Positions 59,628-64,000 of a stretch of 64,000 nt of DNA are shown one piece after another; positions within the stretch are counted from its first letter, which is position 1, and each line of letters starts with the position of its first letter. This stretch comes from an uncultured Fibrobacteria bacterium. GTDB taxonomy: Bacteria; Fibrobacterota; Fibrobacteria; UBA11236. Below the pieces are notes generated by a model. It was not told where the DNA came from. It made no database searches and saw nothing but the letters and a program-made list of their open reading frames with translations. The stretch is taken from positions 1,888,001 to 1,952,000 of the forward strand of contig OY970309.1 in NCBI GenBank assembly GCA_963716395.1. The letters are read 5' to 3'. The position numbers and the translations under genes are program-made.

Positions 59628-60040
59628 AAAAACTCCTCTAAACGGTTGGAAACAGTTGCAAGTCCGGCTTGGAATAACCCACGCTCCCTGCGCGGGGATT
59701 CTTCTCATACTTTTCCAATCTATGGGTGGAGGGTTTTACGCACCCCAGAATTTTTTGTTTTGAATAAAATCCGGCCGCGGCACCGTCCAAAGAGTGCAGG
59801 TCTACGACGAATCTTTACCAAGTCTTCGCAAGGCGATCCACAAATTTGAAGAAATAACCGGATTATGGAAACATCCGCGTTATTGGCGTGGTTTGGTCTT
59901 TTTTGATTTTTTGCAAACTTGGTCGATTTCGCCAAAGACGGAAATGGCCGTTTCACCGACGCCGATTTCACCTTTTCTTGCCGGCGCGTTTGACGCGGCC
60001 TGTCCGTCCCGAAGCGGGTGGCTGGGGTTTCCGGGAAGAG

Positions 60041-60066
60041 GGATCAGGGGCGTTACCCCCTGATCC
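60041..60066 (-). terminator. Hairpin downstream of the TBDR gene
   Basis: GGATCAGGGG/CCCCTGATCC stem. Confidence 0.55.
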
Positions 60067-60101
60067 TCCGTCCCCAATCCGGAAGGAGCAAGAACCGGGG
60101 A

Positions 60102-62327
60102 CTAAGATTTCCAGCGTAGTCCGACATACATCTGGCGCCCGCGCAGCGGACCCCAGATATGCGAAGTGCCGTAACCGCCGCCGTCATCCCAGAAATGGGG
60201 ATCGTCGCCGGCCGAACCCAACTGCGTGTAGTCGAACAAATTCTCGGCGCCAGCGTAAATATCCAAAGTCGGACGCAGCTCCCAGGTCGCCTTCACATTG
60301 GCCACGAAGAAATCGGGTGCATGCGTGAGCTTGGGATCGCTGGCGACGCCGTTTTGAAACACGTTGAATTGATCGGCGTAACCGTAAGCGGTCAAATCGC
60401 GGGGAGCCGTCCAGGTTACGTCCCCGGAAAGGGAAGCCGGCCCGAAATGCAATTCGAGGTTTCCGTTCACCTCGGTTTCCACGGCCGCCACCAATTCCAC
60501 GGCCTTGAAGCGATCGGGAATTTGCTGATGCTGCACGCTCGCGCCCAACTTGAGCCACGGCGCGGGTAACACATCGCCTTCGGCGTCCACGTCGAGGAAA
60601 GGCAATTCGTCGGGGTCATTCAACAAAATCGGGCGCGCCAAAGTGGAGTCGTCATCCACGTATTCCAGATTCGAGGCCTCGGTGGCGTAGGCTCCCACGG
60701 TGACATCCCATTGCGGCTGATCGTAAGAAATCGATCCTCCCGCGCCATAGGCTTTTTCCAGCTTGGTGACGCCGACGTCGAAGCCGTTGTCCAAAAGACC
60801 GTGATCCAATTCGAAGAAGGTGGTGGGCGCGCGCCAACCCAAGCCCGCGGAGAGGCGGCCCGTCAGGCCCTCGACGAATTCCCAGCGCAGGCTCAGGCGC
60901 GGCGCGGCCACGAAATCGTCGATTTCGGAGTTGGGCTTGTCGAACCAATTCACCTGAACGTCATCCAGGCGCAGGGCCAGCGAAACGTCGCGTTGATGCC
61001 CGAAATTCCAGGTATCCTCCGCGTAACCCCCTCCGAACAGATAATAGAAGGAATCCGGAGTGATGCCGAGATCGTCGTAGTAATAAATCGACTGCGACGC
61101 CATTCTTTCCGCGTTGTCGTCCACGCCCAAAGTGAGCGTGTTGGGGCCCATCGATCCCTGCCAGCGCAAATCCCCCACGACGTTGCGGTCGCGGTTGGAA
61201 TAATCGGCGCCGCCCTCGTATTCGGAGTTTTGCGATTGGCTGGCCGCGCCCACGCGCAATTCCCACAAACCCAGATCCTGCGAATCCCAGGTCAGCGCGC
61301 CCGCGGCTTCATCGCGGCCCGTTTGGATGTATTCGATGATGTCTTGCGGCGCACCGATGAATTTATTGCGCAAATCCCCTCCCACATACAGCGGAATGGA
61401 ATCCGCCGGCCCGACGGACGCGCCGGCATAGTTGTCGGTGATGGCGGCGCCAAACACTTGGGAAAAGCTGTGCTGATAGCGGGCATTCCACGACCAGTTT
61501 TCGCCGAGAAAACCGTTCAGCCGCAGCAAGGCGCTTTCGTCTTTGAGCGACGGTGATTCGTCGACGCCGTTGCCGTCTTCGTCCCATTCCCCTTGCTGAT
61601 AATGGTGCCCCGCGATGAGCAAGCCGAGCCTGCCGCTGTCGGCCACCGTGGTTCCGGAAAATGAAAGGCGGTTCCAATCCACGTTGCCGCCGGCCGCATC
61701 GGCGGTGAAAGCCGTGCGCGTGGGATCGCGGAAGCGCACGTCCATGGCGCCGCCCATGGCGCCGGGCGCCAAGAGCGATGCGCCGGGGCCGCGCGCGATG
61801 TCGATGTCGGCGACGCCGGCCGTGGTCAACGCATCCACGCCGTAAAAACCGGTGACGGCGTTGTACAGCGGCAAGCCGTCCACCAGCACCGTGGTGGACG
61901 TGGCGCCTAGGCCGTTGATTTGGATTTGCTTAAAGCCGCAGGAAGAACAGGCGGTCAAAACGTTGACGCCGGGCTCCGAAGTCACGGCTTGCGCGAAGTC
62001 GTCGGCGTTCTTGCGGTACAGGGCTTCGGGCGTGACCACGCTGGTGGGCTGAATGGCGGCCGAAAGCGCTCCCAGCCGATCCATATCGCGGCGATGGCCC
62101 TGAACTTCGACGGTGTACGACGACTTGCGATAGGTGGCCTTGGCCGCTGCGGAATCGGTGGGAGGCGAAGTCGAGACCGAGTCCGGCTGGGCAGCCGGTG
62201 CGGCATTTGCAACTGGTGACGATCCGCTATCGGCTGGGATCGAAGCCGCCGATTGCGGCCACGCCGTCCAAGGCAAGGCCGTCATTAAGAATGCGGCCAT
62301 GAGGGATGTTGAAGTGTGAACTCGCAT
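60102..62327 (-). CDS. TonB-dependent receptor with CxxC in the plug
   Basis: Signal peptide; TACSSCG..IQINGL; GPGASL; barrel C-terminus; AAGGAG RBS. Confidence 0.93.
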   Translation of the reverse strand: MRVHTSTSLMAAFLMTALPWTAWPQSAASIPADSGSSPVANAAPAAQPDSVSTSPPTDSAAAKATYRKSSYTVEVQGHRRDMDRLGALSAAIQPTSVVTPEALYRKNADDFAQAVTSEPGVNVLTACSSCGFKQIQINGLGATSTTVLVDGLPLYNAVTGFYGVDALTTAGVADIDIARGPGASLLAPGAMGGAMDVRFRDPTRTAFTADAAGGNVDWNRLSFSGTTVADSGRLGLLIAGHHYQQGEWDEDGNGVDESPSLKDESALLRLNGFLGENWSWNARYQHSFSQVFGAAITDNYAGASVGPADSIPLYVGGDLRNKFIGAPQDIIEYIQTGRDEAAGALTWDSQDLGLWELRVGAASQSQNSEYEGGADYSNRDRNVVGDLRWQGSMGPNTLTLGVDDNAERMASQSIYYYDDLGITPDSFYYLFGGGYAEDTWNFGHQRDVSLALRLDDVQVNWFDKPNSEIDDFVAAPRLSLRWEFVEGLTGRLSAGLGWRAPTTFFELDHGLLDNGFDVGVTKLEKAYGAGGSISYDQPQWDVTVGAYATEASNLEYVDDDSTLARPILLNDPDELPFLDVDAEGDVLPAPWLKLGASVQHQQIPDRFKAVELVAAVETEVNGNLELHFGPASLSGDVTWTAPRDLTAYGYADQFNVFQNGVASDPKLTHAPDFFVANVKATWELRPTLDIYAGAENLFDYTQLGSAGDDPHFWDDGGGYGTSHIWGPLRGRQMYVGLRWKS

Positions 62328-62336
62328 GGAATCTCC

Positions 62337-62816
62337 TTAAAATTTTTTGGGTGTGTCTGAATTCGGAATCGGACAAAGAAAGGCCAAAGAATCCGCCGGC
62401 AGCCAGCCGATCCAGGCGCGGCGGATGCGGCCTGTGGAATCAAAAGCGAGGGCGACCGGCGTGGTTTCGGGAAATTGGGTCGGCGGCCGGGCGACCAAAG
62501 CACGGAAAGATCGGGGCAGAACGCTCAAGGCCTTGCGCCGATCCCCGGGATGAAGGGGCAATCGCAGCGAAGCCAAGGACAAAGATTCGGGGCAATGCGC
62601 CCGCAGCCGGTCCAGCGTATTCACTTCGGCGCGGCACCAGGGACAATCCAAATCCCACAGTACCAGTACCAACAATCCACGCGACGGGGCGCGCAAGGTG
62701 TCGGCCACGCGCGTCCGTTCGTTCCAAACGAGTAGCGGCAATGAAAAATCCGGACCGGCCGCGGCCGACAGGGCCGTGATCACCGTTCCGAGGAGAAGGG
62801 ATCGCAGTGCGATCAT
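62337..62816 (-). CDS. Exported TlpA/thioredoxin-like protein
   Basis: PDFSL, WDLDCPWC, TP cis-Pro motif. Confidence 0.8.
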   Translation of the reverse strand: MIALRSLLLGTVITALSAAAGPDFSLPLLVWNERTRVADTLRAPSRGLLVLVLWDLDCPWCRAEVNTLDRLRAHCPESLSLASLRLPLHPGDRRKALSVLPRSFRALVARPPTQFPETTPVALAFDSTGRIRRAWIGWLPADSLAFLCPIPNSDTPKKF

Positions 62817-63032
62817 GTGCGTGCCGCTCCGTGCGTGGGTGTGCCTCTCAGGCCCATCCGCGTCCCGTCCCCGGCGACCAACTTCTTTGGTGCTATGGGA
62901 ACCGGGCACGGACGTCGCCAAGTCGTGTCGGGATAGGGATTCGAATGGGGGTCCGGGTCGGAAAGACGCGTAGACAGGCCGTCAAAAATTGCGCTCCGGA
63001 TGACTTCCGGGAGCGCGAGGCCGCAACGACGT

Positions 63033-63437
63033 TTAACCGATGGACGTCAAGAACACGCGGGGCGGTCCGCGCGGCGAAGCGCTACCCGGGAGGGCGGCGG
63101 TTTTAAACAGCCGTGGCGCCGGAAGGACCAGCGCCTGCACGTAACGGCCAGGTTGCAGGGGCTCCGGCGGCGGCGTGGGCGCGTTCTGGCCCAGGGCATG
63201 CCATTGGCACAAAGCGCAATGATCCGCATGTTCATGGCCGAAGCTGTCGGGAGCCGCCGGCGGCGCATCGCTGTGGTTGCCGGCGGCCGAAGCCTCGTAT
63301 TCCAGCGGATGATGGTGCCACGCGGGGTTGACGGCTGCCAGCGAAAGCGCGAGGTAGCAGACGGCCGTAACCGCCGCAGTTCCCGCTGTGAAAGTGCGCA
63401 AAGGCCGCAACCAAAAGTGTTTCCTCGAAAAAAGCAT
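63033..63437 (-). CDS. DUF2946-like protein (TM helix, His-rich, CxxC, C-terminal RGPP)
   Basis: WHHH, HEHADHCALCQWH, SPRGPP. Confidence 0.78.
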   Translation of the reverse strand: MLFSRKHFWLRPLRTFTAGTAAVTAVCYLALSLAAVNPAWHHHPLEYEASAAGNHSDAPPAAPDSFGHEHADHCALCQWHALGQNAPTPPPEPLQPGRYVQALVLPAPRLFKTAALPGSASPRGPPRVFLTSIG

Positions 63438-63542
63438 AAACGTCCGCTTCCGGGATAAAGTACCCGGGGAGACCGGCGACGTCAACCCGGCCCCGGCGAT
63501 TTTCCGGAAGTGGGAAACGGTTTGGGTTTGTAGGTTTTCAAT

Positions 63543-64000
63543 ATGCCTTCTCTGTTGATCCGCGGCGCGGAAGTGGTGCGCGCCACGGGAATTTTTTCCG
63601 CCGACGTGCGCATCGAAAACGGCCGCATCACCGAAGTGGGTCCGAATCTTCCGGCCGCCTCCGCCGCGGAAACCCTGGACGCCGCCGGGTTGACTTTATT
63701 GCCCGGCATCATCGATCCGCAAGTGCATTTCCGCGAACCGGGCATGACCCACAAAGAAGATCTCGAATCGGGATCGCGCGCGGCCGCGGCCGGAGGGGTC
63801 ACGGCTTTTCTCGATATGCCCAACACCAACCCGCCCTGCGTCACGGCCCAGGGGTTGCGGGAGAAAATCGCCTTGGCCCAAAGCAAATGCCATGTCGACT
63901 TCGGCTTTTTCATCGGGGCCACGCCCGACAATCTCACCGAATTGTTGGCCGCCAAGGAAGCCTGCGGCATCAAGATTTTCATGGGCTCGTCCACCGGCAC
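63543..64000 (+). CDS. pyrC: Dihydroorotase, 3'-truncated by the window edge
   Basis: LPGIIDPQVHFREPG, AAAGGVT, DMPNTNP; open to the window end, so absent from the ORF track. Confidence 0.9.
   Translation, partial: MPSLLIRGAEVVRATGIFSADVRIENGRITEVGPNLPAASAAETLDAAGLTLLPGIIDPQVHFREPGMTHKEDLESGSRAAAAGGVTAFLDMPNTNPPCVTAQGLREKIALAQSKCHVDFGFFIGATPDNLTELLAAKEACGIKIFMGSSTG

Noticed and set aside
56123-60257. Diversity-generating retroelement TR/VR pairs (gene 3' ends duplicated nearby)
   Set aside because: Mismatches are not confined to adenines in either copy, many are synonymous, and no reverse transcriptase is present in the window
63700-63745. Inactive dihydroorotase because of DPQVH instead of DxHxH
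   Set aside because: The DPQVHFREPG variant is common among bacterial PyrC homologs, so it is not evidence of a pseudo-enzyme

Overview
GC-rich bacterial chromosomal window, probably Fibrobacterota (inferred from a TIGR02147-family gene, secreted glycan-active proteins with short C-terminal tails, and LPS genes). Main contents: an RND pump; two TonB-dependent receptors (TBDRs); hldE; a lipoprotein/TIGR02147 module; a surface-polysaccharide cluster (GT9, GT4, Wzx, AsnB, GT2/GT-C, methyltransferase, DegT); a Phd-VapC toxin-antitoxin pair; housekeeping genes (purB, argB, argC, dnaE, divIVA, tsaD, pyrC); a sugar ABC transporter; a CDF transporter; a Fur-box-preceded porin/FMN-protein/ApbE/cytochrome b operon; a phytase-like gene; a GH10 xylanase; and a DUF2946-TlpA-TBDR metal-uptake unit. 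I found no rRNA, tRNA, CRISPR array, transposase or integrase. The most unusual structure is at 55.7-60.3 kb, where diverged copies of the 3' ends of three intact neighbouring genes lie interleaved with other gene relics. Also notable: several apparently leaderless genes, an ApbE lacking its usual His motif and signal peptide, and a probable RGPP arrest-peptide leader. Two frameshifts and one garbled segment may be sequencing errors. All calls come from reading the sequence and recognising motifs; no database searches were run.
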